From assembly GCA_002633005.1 (NCBI GenBank), contig NMRA01000023.1, positions 982,474 through 1,046,473 of the forward strand: a DNA stretch of 64,000 nt. The letters are read 5' to 3'. The DNA is from Phoronis australis. Its lineage: Eukaryota; Animalia; Phoronida. Below, piece after piece: positions 12,801 to 25,684 of this stretch. Positions within the stretch are counted from its first letter, which is position 1; every line of letters begins with the position of its first letter. Both the position numbers and the translations under genes were made by a program. The notes beneath the pieces are model-generated. The model did not search any database. It had not been told where the DNA came from and worked only from the letters and a program-made list of their open reading frames with translations.

Positions 12801-14072
12801 TTTTAGTTCGCTATAAGGGTACAACTTACTGCTGGTTTTTCACAAGAAGGAAATGTTCCTCCACGGAAACAGTTCCAGTGTTACCATGGTAACCGATATT
12901 GCAGTGTCGGTGCCATTTTTACTGACATTGGTCATGAACCTATCATGTGATATCAAAATTGTTCAGAAACGATTCTGTTTGAAGCAGAAACTGGAGTAGA
13001 AAATCTGGTCAAAAATGACTCAGTCCACACCAAGAAATTGCCTCATTTTGCCCCCAAGAACACTTCCCTTGCATCTCCTAAACCACCAAACTTTGTGGTA
13101 TCATACTTCACCCAATTTCTCTCATCCCTAATGTGATTTATCAGACTAAACATGGACCTGAATGGCTGACCCCCCCCCCACCTTGCCGCTTGTTGGCTGG
13201 ACAGTGGTCGGTGGATCCGTGGACTGATACTTAACAATTACAAAGACTGATGGGCCAAAGTGAAGTCTGTGATAGATGTAATCATAACAGACACTGCACA
13301 CAAAATCAATTCTGAATTTAAACACGGTATGCTATACGAACTAAAAAACAATCAGCCACATATTATCTCGATTTTTTACAAAAGTCTAATCATATCCTAA
13401 CATAATAGTAAGTCGATATATGCCACATACGTAAATAACTGAGGAGCAGTGCTTAACCTACACTGTTTATTTTTTAAGAAGACCTACGTATAGGGTACCA
13501 AGACGCCCAAGGGTCACTGATATTGACAAGGTGAACCTAGGCATGTTCCAAAAATTACTGAGAAACCCGCAACTGCGGGTGCTAGGCCTGCTAAATCCTC
13601 TCCTTTTGTGGGGCAGATTTTTCTGCCTCACATGTGCTGACACTAATGCAGTGGCCTTTTTGAGGGAACAAACTGAACCAATCCCGTTAGTAGCCCTTGC
13701 TGAAAATGTAATGGCTACGCGCAACTTTGTAACACGCCTGCAGGCACCTTGTCAACATGAGTGCCCCCCGCCAAGAGAACTCAGAAATACATCTATTAAT
13801 ATTTCATACCTTTAAAAACGTATGCCGGATCATGATTCCTCACGTGTCTCAAAATGCCAGACGCTGTTTTCAGTCGTTTTCCACAAAACGAGAACGGGCA
13901 CTCATAAAGCCGGTTAGACTGACAACGTTCGGCCTCGTTACTGATGCAGTCGGCAACACTTTCCGTCTCATTCATGACTTGTTCGCCGTCCTCCTCGACA
14001 AAACTCGCTTCTAAAATATCGTCCCAGTCGATATTGTAGTCGTCAAATGACACAAAAATCGTCCTTTGGCAC
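6868..14072 (-). pseudogene. Spliced accessory gene of the P-like element (C2H2 finger plus a domain resembling the P-transposase C-terminus), now frameshifted
   Basis: Exons ~14072-13810 (YECPFSFCGKRLKTASGILRHVRNH; AAAG|GTATGA), 8182-8111 (TTTCAG|..|GTATGT, 72 nt) and 7836-6868 (TTTCAG|), all joined in phase 1. Motifs EEEQALSYVAG, W..VNRGGL and KHYLTIRG. Confidence 0.7.
8229..13230 (-). mobile_element. TTAA-flanked, internally deleted DNA transposon, Sola3-like
   Basis: Imperfect TIRs GTACTAGTCCACG..AGCGGCAAGGTGGGGGTCAGCC / GTATCAGTCCACG..AGCGGCAAGGTGGGGGGGGTCAGCC with TTAA at 8225-8228 and 13231-13234. Minus-strand relics EVERVLLRS..TCPNHR (~12030-12440) and KGWVWKS..PEDMSKR..RNKSGKK..LIPQQVQS (~11050-11580) resemble Sola3 transposase termini as recalled. 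Confidence 0.65.
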
Positions 14073-15767
14073 ATTTTTACTACACTGCAGAATAAATGTA
14101 ACAACGAAAGCACGCTAGAAATGACAATATGGCGGATCGCTTTCGTCTACCTCTCGTTCCCGAGCGTGAATATGCGTGATCAAGCAACCCACAACGGGCT
14201 GATTGACAAGAGGGAAATGGCGCCGTGTGTCGTGAGCGTGCGGTTTATGAGTGGACACATAATTGCCCCCAACGGTGATCACATCAAAGTGATATACCGC
14301 GTTTCTATTCCTTCTCATATTGGTTCCTAGTTTATAGTAGTCCACGGTCTCTGGTCCACTCGCTGGTTCCCTACTTACCTTGTCAGCACGCCAGCTACTT
14401 ACGCCACCTAGCGGCACGCAGAGAACCAGCGAGGAGGGGACAGAACCCGCCATATTTGCCAGAACGGTGTTGTATGCAGCCTCATTCGTCTTTGGATATT
14501 TTATTATTTTAAGTGTCGATACAAAGTTTTACGTCAGCGTCTGTGCCACAGGTTCGTCGGTGGTTATTAGATCGACCCTCCTTTCGGAGATCTTTCCAGT
14601 AATAGCATTACTCTCCACCGTAGGAAAGGATGAAACGTTTATCTCCAAGTTGCCCAGCGGCAACAAAAATAAAATTTCATTCACTGGCAAGGCACATGCC
14701 TTGAAAAATGACCGGAGTAAATTCTCGCCGATTACGTGTGGTAAATGTAGCTATGGTACAGATCTCTTAATAAATTAGCGGGTGGTAACTGTAGCTATAG
14801 CCCGCAACTCTTCACGTTGTAAATCATGTTGAGCACCGAGTTTGTCCGTCATATTGTGCCCTTTGTTTGTGAAACGTTATTGCCGCAAAATTACACAGTT
14901 GACAATTTAAACTTTTGAACACGCCTACAAAAAGAATCATTGTTTTATATAAAATTTTGACAAAGGAAATTTGACAATGAAATGAAAAAAAGTCTTGCAG
15001 GCCGTGGAGGAAGAACGCTGTCCATCCTGATCGTGGAAAAAGATTTCAGGACCGACTTTGAAAACAGTTTCATGATGTCGCCCGCTTTAAAACGACTAAT
15101 TTTGTTTTAAATTGCACCTGCTATATACCCAAGATTTTGCACGGAATGTAAATTTATGGCACTCATTCCTCAGTTTTTGTTTCAAGTAACTTCATAAAGC
15201 GTTCGATATTTAACCCAAATTATTACATACAGCATAATTTTTGGTACCCACAAAACGAAAAACTTACCTTGTAATACAGACCATTCAGTCCACTGGTACC
15301 ACGAAAACAAACACACGATTACAAAAATCAAAAGAATCAACCATATTTTTGCAAAGTGAGAGGTATCCATTTTCAATTATCCGTGGTTACGCAAATGTGA
15401 GTCTCTGTTTGGTTACTTCTCCGTAATACCGTGGTTGGGGCTGACGATTCAACCCTAAAAACCGACAATTTGACAATCACCTTGGTTAATCTACTGTCTG
15501 CACAGCTCCAAAACACACTTGTGTGGCATCTTGGTACTTATTAGATAAGAACGAGTTTGTCCAACTATCTTTACTATCCACACCTACATCTGAGGTTTCC
15601 TAGTTTTGTCTGCTCACCGTTTTTAATAACGCAAAAGATCAATAGGCTTGGAAATTGTGACGTCACGTAGTTACAAGATCAATGCGGCGACAAGCAATTA
15701 CCTCGAAATCCTACCGCCCATAGATGGAACAGGTAAAGCAAGATGTGTTTTTTGCAAGTTAGCGTCT

Positions 15768-16805
15768 CTGGGTTTTCTTCAATTTTATTCTTATACTTAT
15801 TACTCTGCGCGTATAAGCGCAGAGTACTGTTGTTCCTGGGTTTTCTTCAATTTTATTCTTATTCTTCTTACTCTTCTTCCGACCAACTTTGAGGCTTAAT
15901 AACTCCAAATTGGGTGCAGGTACGATCTTTAAATTCAGCATATTATTTTTGACAGTATTTAAATTTTGATTGGTTATATAAACATATTCCATATTGCACC
16001 AGAAGAGGTCGTTTGGTGCAAAGGTCATATAATTTTCAAAATGCTACTCCTCCTTTAGTTTTAAAGCTATCTTTTTCAAATTTGGTGCACAGGTATAAAT
16101 TAACATGTCAATTTAAAAAATACTTTTCTAAGTAATCGGGTCATCCAATGAGGTGAAATAGGTCAAAGGTCATTAGGTGCAAACTAAAATTTTGAGATAG
16201 TCTGATTGCCACAGGTAAATCAAATCGGAATCCCAAATTTCAGGTCATTTAGTGCAAACATGGGGTCATTAGGTGCATTTTCTTCTGAAAATTTTACCTT
16301 TTCAATCAGCAAGTATTCTGATGTGTCAACCTTTAGACAACTGTGATTCTCAGCGTTAAACACATTTTCCATGGGCTTTGCAATAATTCTCCTAAAGATG
16401 CTTAAAATGCACCGGATAAGGTCAATTAGTGCAAAGGTCATGTAACGTTCAAAATGTTATATGTCTTACGTTTTTCAAGGAATTCTTTTCAATTTCAGCA
16501 CACTGGTGTAAGTCAACATGCCAATTGAATACCATACTTTACTTTGCAATAAGCCTAACCAATCAGAAAAAATAGGTCAAAGGTCATTGAGTGCAAACTA
16601 AAATTTTGAGCTAGAGACTTCAGAATTACGTATCTGTTTACCAAGTGCGATTGAGTTTGAATTCTAAATTTCCAGGTCATTTGGTGCACCCATGGGGTCA
16701 TTAGGTGCATTTTTCTTCTGAAAGTTTGACCAGTTCATTCATCTTGTATTCTGAAGTGCTTAAAGTAAAACATCTGTGATTATTAGCATTAACCACACTT
16801 TTAAT
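15768..16805 (+). mobile_element. Helentron/HINE-like non-autonomous repeat, copy 1 (continues at 19637-~19760)
   Basis: Hairpin TACTCTGCGC-GTATAA-GCGCAGAGTA (15801-15826), a TTATTC/TTCTTC microsatellite, then internal repeats with AGGTCAAAGGTCA and TGCAAAGGTCAT motifs. Confidence 0.6.
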
Positions 16806-19636
16806 AATACGTTTATTTGTATTGAAGGCCTCTGGCCCAAAGTACAATAAACAAAACAATTAATCAGGCACATTTGCACAAGCAGTCAACCCATTTAAGA
16901 GTTGTTCTCGTCTTTTAAGGGCAAAATACACATATTTAACAGCAGATATATCAGGATGAGATAGCAGGCGTACACAGGATCCTTGAGTTGGATGCCTCCA
17001 TTGAACTTCCTTCATAAAACGTGACCTAAGTTCACAATATCCCTGGCAAACCAACAGGAAATGGTATTCATACTCTACAAGACCATCATTGCAAGCCATA
17101 CATAATCTAATGTAATAATCCACTTCCTCGTGTCTACCCACTTCCACTTGTAGTCTGTGGTTGGAGCAACGTAAACGAGCAAACGCTTGAATAAGACTAT
17201 TGCGTAGCGGTAACTTAAGCTATGGTTCAAAACAGTACAGAGTCTTAAAGTTACAGTAGAATTTAAGTTTTGCATTATGCTCAATTTCTGATCGCCAACC
17301 TTGTTCATAACAGTCATTAACTCTTTGCGCGAAGAAACTTAAAAACGAGACTTCGCACGTGACACCTTGATTCAACCAAATTTCATAAAAACCGTATTTT
17401 GATAGCAATTAACAGAAGATATCCAAGAAATTCTTCCATTCCTATCTAAATCAACTAACATGTCATAAGCCGCTTTAGCGTATCTAGTAGGTGGCATTTT
17501 CAATAACTTTATCCAATATTTTACACACGTGACATAATACTTTGCATAGAGCGGATAAATTTCCCATTCACCCAATACAGCTGCGTTTGAGCAAGAGTTT
17601 CCAACTCCAAGAGCAATTTTACAGAATTTAACATAAACATTTTCAAGCCATTCGTACTCTTTGAATCCCCAGATTTCCGCGCCGTAGCTCATACTGTAGT
17701 TGGTACAGCAATTTTATCAAACAGTTCAAGTGATAGGCTCAATGGTAATTCCGTGCACCGGTTTCTAATTTTAGAGATGGACATAGCAGCTTTACTACCT
17801 TGACGTGCCAGAGTTTTAGTGGCTTTGGACCAAACTAATCTTGGTGTGAAAAATATTCCAAGGTATTTATATTGGGAGACAATCTCCACTACTTGGTTTC
17901 CATAATACCACTTCTCATACGCTCTGAGTGGCACGCCATTTCTAAAAACAACGATCTTAGTTTTTTTTCAGATTTACACTCATGCCCCAAGAAGAGCAAT
18001 AATCATAAAGGCAATTTAACATTCTTTGCAAATTAATTTGAGTGCTTGAACACAGACCCATGTCATCAGCATACAACAGCGATTTGACGTGCGAAGCCTC
18101 TTCATTGATATAAATCCCTTTAATATTTTGGGCATTATCTAGGACTTCGATAAATTTGTTCAGATACATGATAAACAATAGTGGGCTGATCATACACCCT
18201 TGTCTGGTGCCGACAGAACAGTCAAAAAAGTCGGTTAATCCTTCTCGGGTCCTTACGCATTAACGTAATTTGCTGTACATGGATTTCATGACTTTAAGTA
18301 CGTTACCATGGACACCATTTTTTTGTAATCTATACCAGAGTAGCATGTGGGGAACTCTGTCAAACGCCTTCGAAAAGTCGACAAAAGCACAATAAAAACG
18401 ACCCCCGGGCTTAGTGATATATTTTTGGCACATGGCCTGAAGCGTAAACATTTGGTCCTGAGTGCAATAGCCCTTGCGGAATCCCGCCTGTGATTCACGA
18501 AGTTCGTCATTTGCCTCAGCCCAGGTCCTAAGCCGGTTGCTCAAAAGTTTAGTGAATAGCTTTCCTACTGCTGACAACAATGAGATACCTCTACAATTGT
18601 TCTCATCTTCAGTGTTGCCCTGTTTAAATACAGGAACAATTATTGCGTCATACCAGCCCTGTGGGTAGTGATCTGTAGCGAGAATTCCATTGAAAAGCAG
18701 TTCCAATACAGGAACAATAGCTACCCTCGTACTCTTCAACATCTCAAATACAACGTGATCAATGCCGGCTGCTTTGCCGTTTGGAAGATCCATTATAGCG
18801 CAGTCAATTTCCTCACATGAGAAACAAGTGTTCATATCACTGGGTAAATTTTTGTCACAAGCATCACAGTAATTGTCATGATTTTCTTGTTGTCTTACTA
18901 CCGTATTTGACATAGTGTCGCTCGGTTCCGTCCGTTCATTGAGCAACAAATTAAAATACGTGTAGTGTACTGGAGTTATCGCAGTTTCCTTCGGACTACT
19001 ATTAAATTTTGATTTTACCAAAGCCCAGAATTGCTTTGGATTATTTCTACTATCCAAAATATTTTCTAGCAACTTCGATTGATGCTCTTTTTCTTTTTTT
19101 TTGTATAGCATGCGAATTTGTTTCTTATTTTCTTTGTATACTGCCAATTTTCCAGGGGAAGAGTCTCTCCGAAAAATATTCAAAGATTGATTTTTTATTT
19201 TTTTCGCAGTATGTAATTCTTTGTCCCACCAAGGGGGTTGGTTACTCTGCCTTTTAGCATAAGTACGTTTATTTTTAAACATTGCCATCGATGTAGCAGT
19301 TTGTTTATACAGATTTGTGATACCATCTGTTGCACTTTCTATGTCGAAATGAGCAATCTGTTCAGCTATTCGATCTAGACTTTCTGATAGGCAATTTGAG
19401 AACACTTCATGGAATTCCGCTACTTGGCCACTATCCCACTCCAGTCGAGTGTTTGATTGCGATGCTGATTGGCTAACGCTACAACGACTGTCATACACAC
19501 AATTATCTGCAACATTTCAAACAATAGGAAAATGGTCAGACTCGTGAAATGTGTCTACACTAAAATCTGAAGTATGTTGAAAGAGACTTGTTGATACTAT
19601 CAAATAGTCTACAGTGCTACAACCACCTGAAGCGTG
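16806..19636 (-). mobile_element. 5'-truncated, frameshifted RTE-X-like non-LTR retrotransposon
   Basis: Endonuclease end (STVDYLIVS..SDHFPI), RT motifs RGISLLS, QAGFR, FVDFSKAFD, RQGC.ISPLLF and LLYADD, C-terminal EYHFLLVC, and an AATAAA tail. TSD ACACTTTTAAT at 16795-16805 and 19637-19647. Confidence 0.9.
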
Positions 19637-19834
19637 ACACTTTTAATCAACTTAACAATTACTCCCTCATCGGGGCTCATAATGCACCGGAAGTGGTCAA
19701 TGAGTGGAAAGGTCATCAAAAAATTAATATGTAATTTCTCCTACAAGTTTAATGAATTCCTTTTCATATTGGTAAACGGGTTGCTGTCAGTAACTTCCCA
19801 TAATAAATCCAGTAATACGCACGCCCAGAGTCCG

Positions 19835-21110
19835 TTATTGTCACGTCGTGACAATAATCTTTGTAGTTCTTCTTATTCTTCTTCTCATTCTTTTTCCGAC
19901 CAACTTTGAGGCTTAATATCTCCAAATTGGGTGCAGGTACGGTCTTTAAATTCAGCTAATGACTTTTGACAGTATATAAATATTGATTGGTTATGTAATC
20001 ATATTCCAGAAGGGGTCGTGTGGTGCAAAGTTCATATAATTTTCAAAATACTACCCCTCCTTCAATTCTAAAGCTACCTTTTTCAAATTCGTTGCACAGC
20101 TATAAGTCACCATGAAAATTTAAAAAAAAATTTCTAAGTAATCGGGTCATCCAATCAGGTGAAACAGGTCAAAGGTCATTAGGTGCAAACTAAAATTTTG
20201 AGCCAGACACTTCAAATTGACAGGTCTAATTGCCACAGGTAAATCAAATTGGAATCCAAAGTTCAGGTCATTTAATGCAAACATGGGGTCATTAGGAGCA
20301 TTTTTCTTCTGAAAATTTGACCTTTTCATTCATCAAGTATTCTAATGTGTCAACAGTTAGACAACTGTGATTCTCAGCATTTAATACACTATGCACGAGC
20401 TTTGCAAAAACTCTACCAAACAGGATTATAATGCAACGGAAGAGGTCACTTACTGCAAAGGTCATATAATTTTCAAAATGCTACTTCTTCCTTAGTTTTA
20501 AATCAATCTTTTTGGTATTCGGTGAACACGTATAGGTCTACGAAAGAAATTAAATAATTACTTTTCTAAGAAATCGAGTCATCCAATCAGGTTAAAGAGG
20601 TCAAAGACCGTTAAGTGCATACTAAAATTTTGAGATAGACACTTCAAATTCACACATCTTCTTGGTGCATAGAGTTCAGATCAAAATCTAAAGTTTCATG
20701 TCATTTGGAGCAACCATGGGGTCATTAGGTGCATTTTTCGTCTGACCATTTGACATTTTCATTCACAAATTGTTGTGATTAGTCAACAGTTAGACAACTG
20801 TCATTCTCAGCATTAAACACACTTAACAATTTTTTTGCAGTAATTCTCCTAAAGATTCTTATAATGCACCGGGTAGGGTAAATTAGTGCAAAGGTCATCT
20901 AACGTTCAAAATGTTATATATCCTACATTTTTCAAGGAATACTTTTCACTTTCAGCACGCTGATTTAAGCCAACATTCCAATCGAACACCATACCTTACC
21001 ACGCAATAGGCCAAACCAACCAGAATAAATAGGTCAAAAGTCATTGAGTGCAAACTAAAATTTTGAGCTAATGAGTTCAAAATTATATATCTGTTTAATA
21101 AATACGATTG
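19835..21110 (+). mobile_element. Helentron/HINE-like repeat, copy 2
   Basis: Palindrome TTATTGTCACG-T-CGTGACAATAA (19835-19857), TTCTTC tract, then CCGACCAACTTTGAGGCTTAATA.. colinear with 15879 onward. Confidence 0.6.
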
Positions 21111-21152
21111 AGATGTCACGAAAATAGTTCCAGAAGCGGCTACCAATGGCCG

Positions 21153-21680
21153 GCGTTTTCCCGTTGCTCCCAACTTGTTCAATTCTATAGCCCAACAAAA
21201 AGTTGGGAAGTTTACCCCTGTAGCCAATATTTTACACGACTGATTAACTCCATTCTGGCATTCATGGTTGGAGGGCGAGCTCGTTTTTGTTCGATAATTG
21301 CTCTACTCTTCAAAAATATCGTATCTATAGCCTGACTTGCCGGGCCGTGCTGTTAAAAATAAAAGTTAACTTATAACATATTTGAACATAAACCAATAGC
21401 ATTTCTGACATCCTCGTATAATGGCGATCATGTTTAGTTTTTGAATCGTCCAACTGCAACCGAAGTTACGATAATCTATTCTTTGTGAATAAACAAATTT
21501 GCTCTGGGTTTGACGGTGTTCACACGTGATCTGTAATAAACATGGTAGATAATTGGCCTGCCTGTTGTCATAACATACAAAAGATTGTGTGCTTGCCAGC
21601 TAACAAAGAAGCTAGATGTTATCACACGCTCAGAACCCCCTTCATCTGGTAAAGTCACTGAACGGGAAAACGCTGCCATG
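21153..21680 (+). repeat. Dispersed repeat, copy of ~4445-4975
   Basis: Colinear sequence similarity with the first copy. Confidence 0.8.
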
Positions 21681-22416
21681 GAAACATAGGGGAGTGTCCG
21701 TTAACGAGAATGTTTATAATTTCACATTTTTATTATTTGCTTTCTGTTCTATACTCGTTTACAATTTACTTCATATAACGTTGAAATACTTTCTAGTTAA
21801 CACTGTATTCACTGATGAAATTACAATTTTGTAGGTTCCTCGCACTCTCTGCAAAAAGTTTGAATCTGCCATTCACTGAAAAGCAGACGAAGCGATTACA
21901 CACTGCCAGGAACGATATTTGTAACGTTGGTACAGTAGGTGTTTCCTTTGCTTTGATTTGGCTGTGTTTAAGAACAATCCGTATTATTGTCAGACTTTCC
22001 CTTACTGTAGTCACTCTATATTTTTTAGTGCCTATGGTGGCTTGTGTGAAATATAAGCATTAAGGATAATATCGTTTAATTTAACATACCTGTACTTCTG
22101 GCAAAACAAAAACCTTCCTCTCACAATCTTTAGATATTATTTTTTTTCTGCTAAGCTTCGAAAGGACTGAACCAGCGTTTTGGAACGATATTTTGATTTG
22201 CTGGAGACTAGGGTAACAACTCTTGCCGGCTGGAAAAAAAACGAGTATCTGTTTCCTGAAACTTGAAAAAAATCAATGCTAATAAAGTATTCATAGTAGA
22301 AGTACAAATCTACATGAACCATGTTACAACTTTTTTAGCGTCTCGTTTTCAAATTGAAATGAAGACGCAAGTCTAAAGGCAGAGGGAAAAGCTAATCATT
22401 AACAAAGGCCATCACT

Positions 22417-24131
22417 TGGTAACTTTAGTAACTATACATATTCCTGTGGTAACTTTAGTAACTCCACACATTCCTCTGGTAACTTAAGAAACTCCACACA
22501 TTCCTCTGGTAAATTTAGAAACTCCACACATTCCTCTGGTAACTTTAGTAACTCCACACATTCCTCTAGTAATTTTTACTAACTCCACACAATCCTGTGG
22601 TAAATTTAGTAACTCCACAATTTCCTGTGGTAACTTTAGCAACTCCACACATTCCTCTGGTAGCTTTAGTAACTCCACATAATCCTCTGGTACCTTTAGT
22701 AACTCCAACCATTCCTCTGGTATCTTTAGTAACTCTACACATTCCTGTGGTAACTTTAGTAACTCCACACATTCCTGTGGTAACTTTAGCAACTCCACAC
22801 ATTCCTGTGGTAACTTTAGTAACTCCACACATTCCTGTGGTAACTTTAGTAACTCCACACATTCCTCTGGTAACTTTAGTAACACCACATAATCCTCTGG
22901 TAACTTTAGTAACTCCATACACTCCTGTGGTAACTTTAGTAACGCCACACATTCCTCTGGTAACTTTAGTAACTCCACATATTCCTTTGGTTAATTTAGT
23001 AACTCCACACATTTCTGTGGTAACTTTAGAAACTCCACACATTCCTCTAGTAACTTTAGTAACTCCACACATTCCTGTGGTAACTTTAGTAACTCCACAC
23101 ATTCCTGTGGTAACTTTAGTAACTCCACACATTCCTGTGGTAACTTACGTCACTCCACACATTCCTCTGGTATTTTTAGTAACTCGAACATTCCTCTGGT
23201 AACTTTAGTAACTCTACACATTCCTCTGGTAACTTTAGTAACTCCACACATTCCTGTGGTAACTTTAGTAACTCCACACATTCCTGTGGTAACTTTAGTA
23301 ACTCCACACATTCCTGTGGTAACTTTAGTAACTCCACACATTCCTGTGGTAACTTTAGTAACTCCACACATTCCTGTGGTAACTTTAGTAACTCCACACA
23401 TTCCTGTGGTAACTTTAGTAACTCCACACATTCCTGTGGTAACTTTAGTAACTCCACACATTCCTGTGGTAACTTTAGTAACTCCACACATTCCTGTGGT
23501 AACTTTAGTAACTCCACACATTCCTGTGGTAACTTTAGTAACTCCACACATTCCTGTGGTAACTTTAGTAACTCCACACATTCCTGTGGTAACTTTAGTA
23601 ACTCCACACATTCCTGTGGTAACTTTAGTAACTCCACACATTCCTGTGGTAACTTACGTCACTCCACACATTCCTCTGGTATTTTTAGTAACTCGAACAT
23701 TCCTCTGGTAACTTTAGTAACTCTACACATTCCTCTGGTAACTTTAGTAACTCCACACATTCCTGTGGTAACTTTAGTAACTCCACACATTCCTGTGGTA
23801 ACTTTAGTAACTCCACACATTCCTCTGGTAACTTTAGTAACTCCACACATTCCTGTGGTAACTTACGTCACTCCACACATTCCTCTGGTATTTTTAGTAA
23901 CTCGAACATTCCTCTGGTAACTTTAGTAACTCTACACATTCCTCTGGTAACTTTAGTAACTCCACACATTCCTTTGGTAAATTTAGTAACTCCACCCATT
24001 CCTCTGGTATCTTTAGTAACTCCACGCATTCCTGTGGTAACTTAAGTACATCCACGCATTCCTGTGGTAACTTTAGTAACTCCACACATTCCTCTGGTAA
24101 CTTTAGTAACTCCTAACATTCCTCTGGTAAA
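22417..24131. repeat. 30-bp minisatellite, ~57 units (GGTAACTTTAGTAACTCCACACATTCCTST)
   Basis: Direct tandem periodicity of 30 nt with a homogeneous core at ~23230-23650 and diverged edges. Confidence 0.97.
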
Positions 24132-25684
24132 TTAAATTGCATCTTTAACAATGATGATTAGTAACATTTTAAACTACTTCACATTATATTTTTATGGTAG
24201 CCACGAAACTAATGCTTTTCTGGTTGTAAAAATATTATAGAAAGTATCAATTATGACGAAACAGCTGCACTAATTTTGTCAAAACTTGATAAAGAAACAA
24301 GGAACTGATCCAGATATTTGAACAACGGGACAGGATAACTGGCCTAAAGTTGAGGGTTAGCTTGCATTAAATGCTTGCATGTTGTAATGCAGGCGCTGAT
24401 AAAGCTGGGATGAACGAGATGAATATTCATTTGCTCGGAAACTTGCTGAAACGATTAATGTTCAAACAAATAATCTTGTTTAATAGATGCAATACGGACA
24501 ATGAAACGTGAATGAATTCTCAAGTTGCAAGGACTTCAGTTCTAACTCAAATTACACTTCATAAGCTGATCGAAACATACAGCACACATCACGAATTTTT
24601 GTCCGAGTGGTCGGAAATTGGTCGACGACCGGTCGACGACCGGCCGTGTAGCCGACCAGCAGCAGACCAACAATGATCTACTAGGAGCCGTCTGCTGAGT
24701 CGCCTCTGCGGTCAGCACTTTGGTCGGCAAAGTGGTCGCCTAGAATAGACGACCAATTCGGATTATGCGTGTCCTCGGTCGGCAATTACCATTTTATGAC
24801 TTAGCGGGTGAGCTTTGGCCAAACAAACATTTAACTGTTTGCTGCTCGTTCACCAGTGGCCTCTCCAGTCTTGACATCGGTTTATCAACTTTTGTTCACC
24901 TATTGAAAGGTGGTAAAATCGAATCAACCTACAAATACGAAATGCGTGAAATTGCACCAATGTAAACTTTATGTTGAATTGCTGACGTCGTGGTAAAATT
25001 AAAAGTTAAAAGATGTCGTGGAAACATAATTTCGCACTCTAGATGTGAAACTTTTCATACACTATGCATAAAAAGTATCAACAACCAGGGAATTTGAAAT
25101 GTGTCAGTAAATTTGCATACAGTTCCAGGGCCGTAGCTAGCGGGGGGAGGGGGGATGCGAGGGGGCACGGACCCTCACGAAAATTTTCAGGCGTCTGGGT
25201 TAAACCTTGGCAACCCATATAGGCGTGGTGCCAGGGACAGTCGAGAAAATAAAGACTGCGAAAAACGGATAAAAGAGAAAATTCAAAAGAATATTCAACA
25301 AATCTGCATCAGTGCATCGCTTACCTTTTGAGAACCCTGGCCAGGACACTGTCGTTAGGGTCTTAGCTTTTGCAGCACAGATCGTCTAAACGCAAGAGAG
25401 AATCTGTAAAGCGAAGCTTTTGCAGAGCGTACTAATTTAATGGATGTTTAGATTCAATCTGTCAATTTTGCGAATGCAAAACTATATTTTTGTAGAGGCC
25501 CCTCTCTGGTAACGGATAACGGAGACATCTTTCGCTTCATTTTTTTTCTCGAAATTGTATATGACTTTAGAAAAATTGATGACCTGACAGATAACATCAA
25601 TTGCTGCGTATTTCCTGATATTTGAAAATATAGATATTTTTATATTTAGGGGCATCGTCTTTGAAGGAGGCCATTGACAACATG

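Larger units (their letters stand above)
5482..14336. mobile_element. Internally deleted two-gene P-element-like DNA transposon
   Basis: ~38-bp TIR CTAGGAACCAAT(G/A)TGAGAAGGAATAGAAA(A/C)GCGG at ~5482-5520 and inverted at ~14297-14336. It encloses a P-transposase fragment and a convergent second gene. No clear TSD. Confidence 0.75.

Noticed and set aside
13467-13790. Additional exon of the P accessory gene
   Set aside because: No recognisable motif, and the gene model is phase-consistent without it.
22417-24131. CRISPR array or repeat-protein gene
   Set aside because: The units are head-to-tail with no unique spacers. The ORFs arise from the 30-bp period and are broken by 1-bp deletions.
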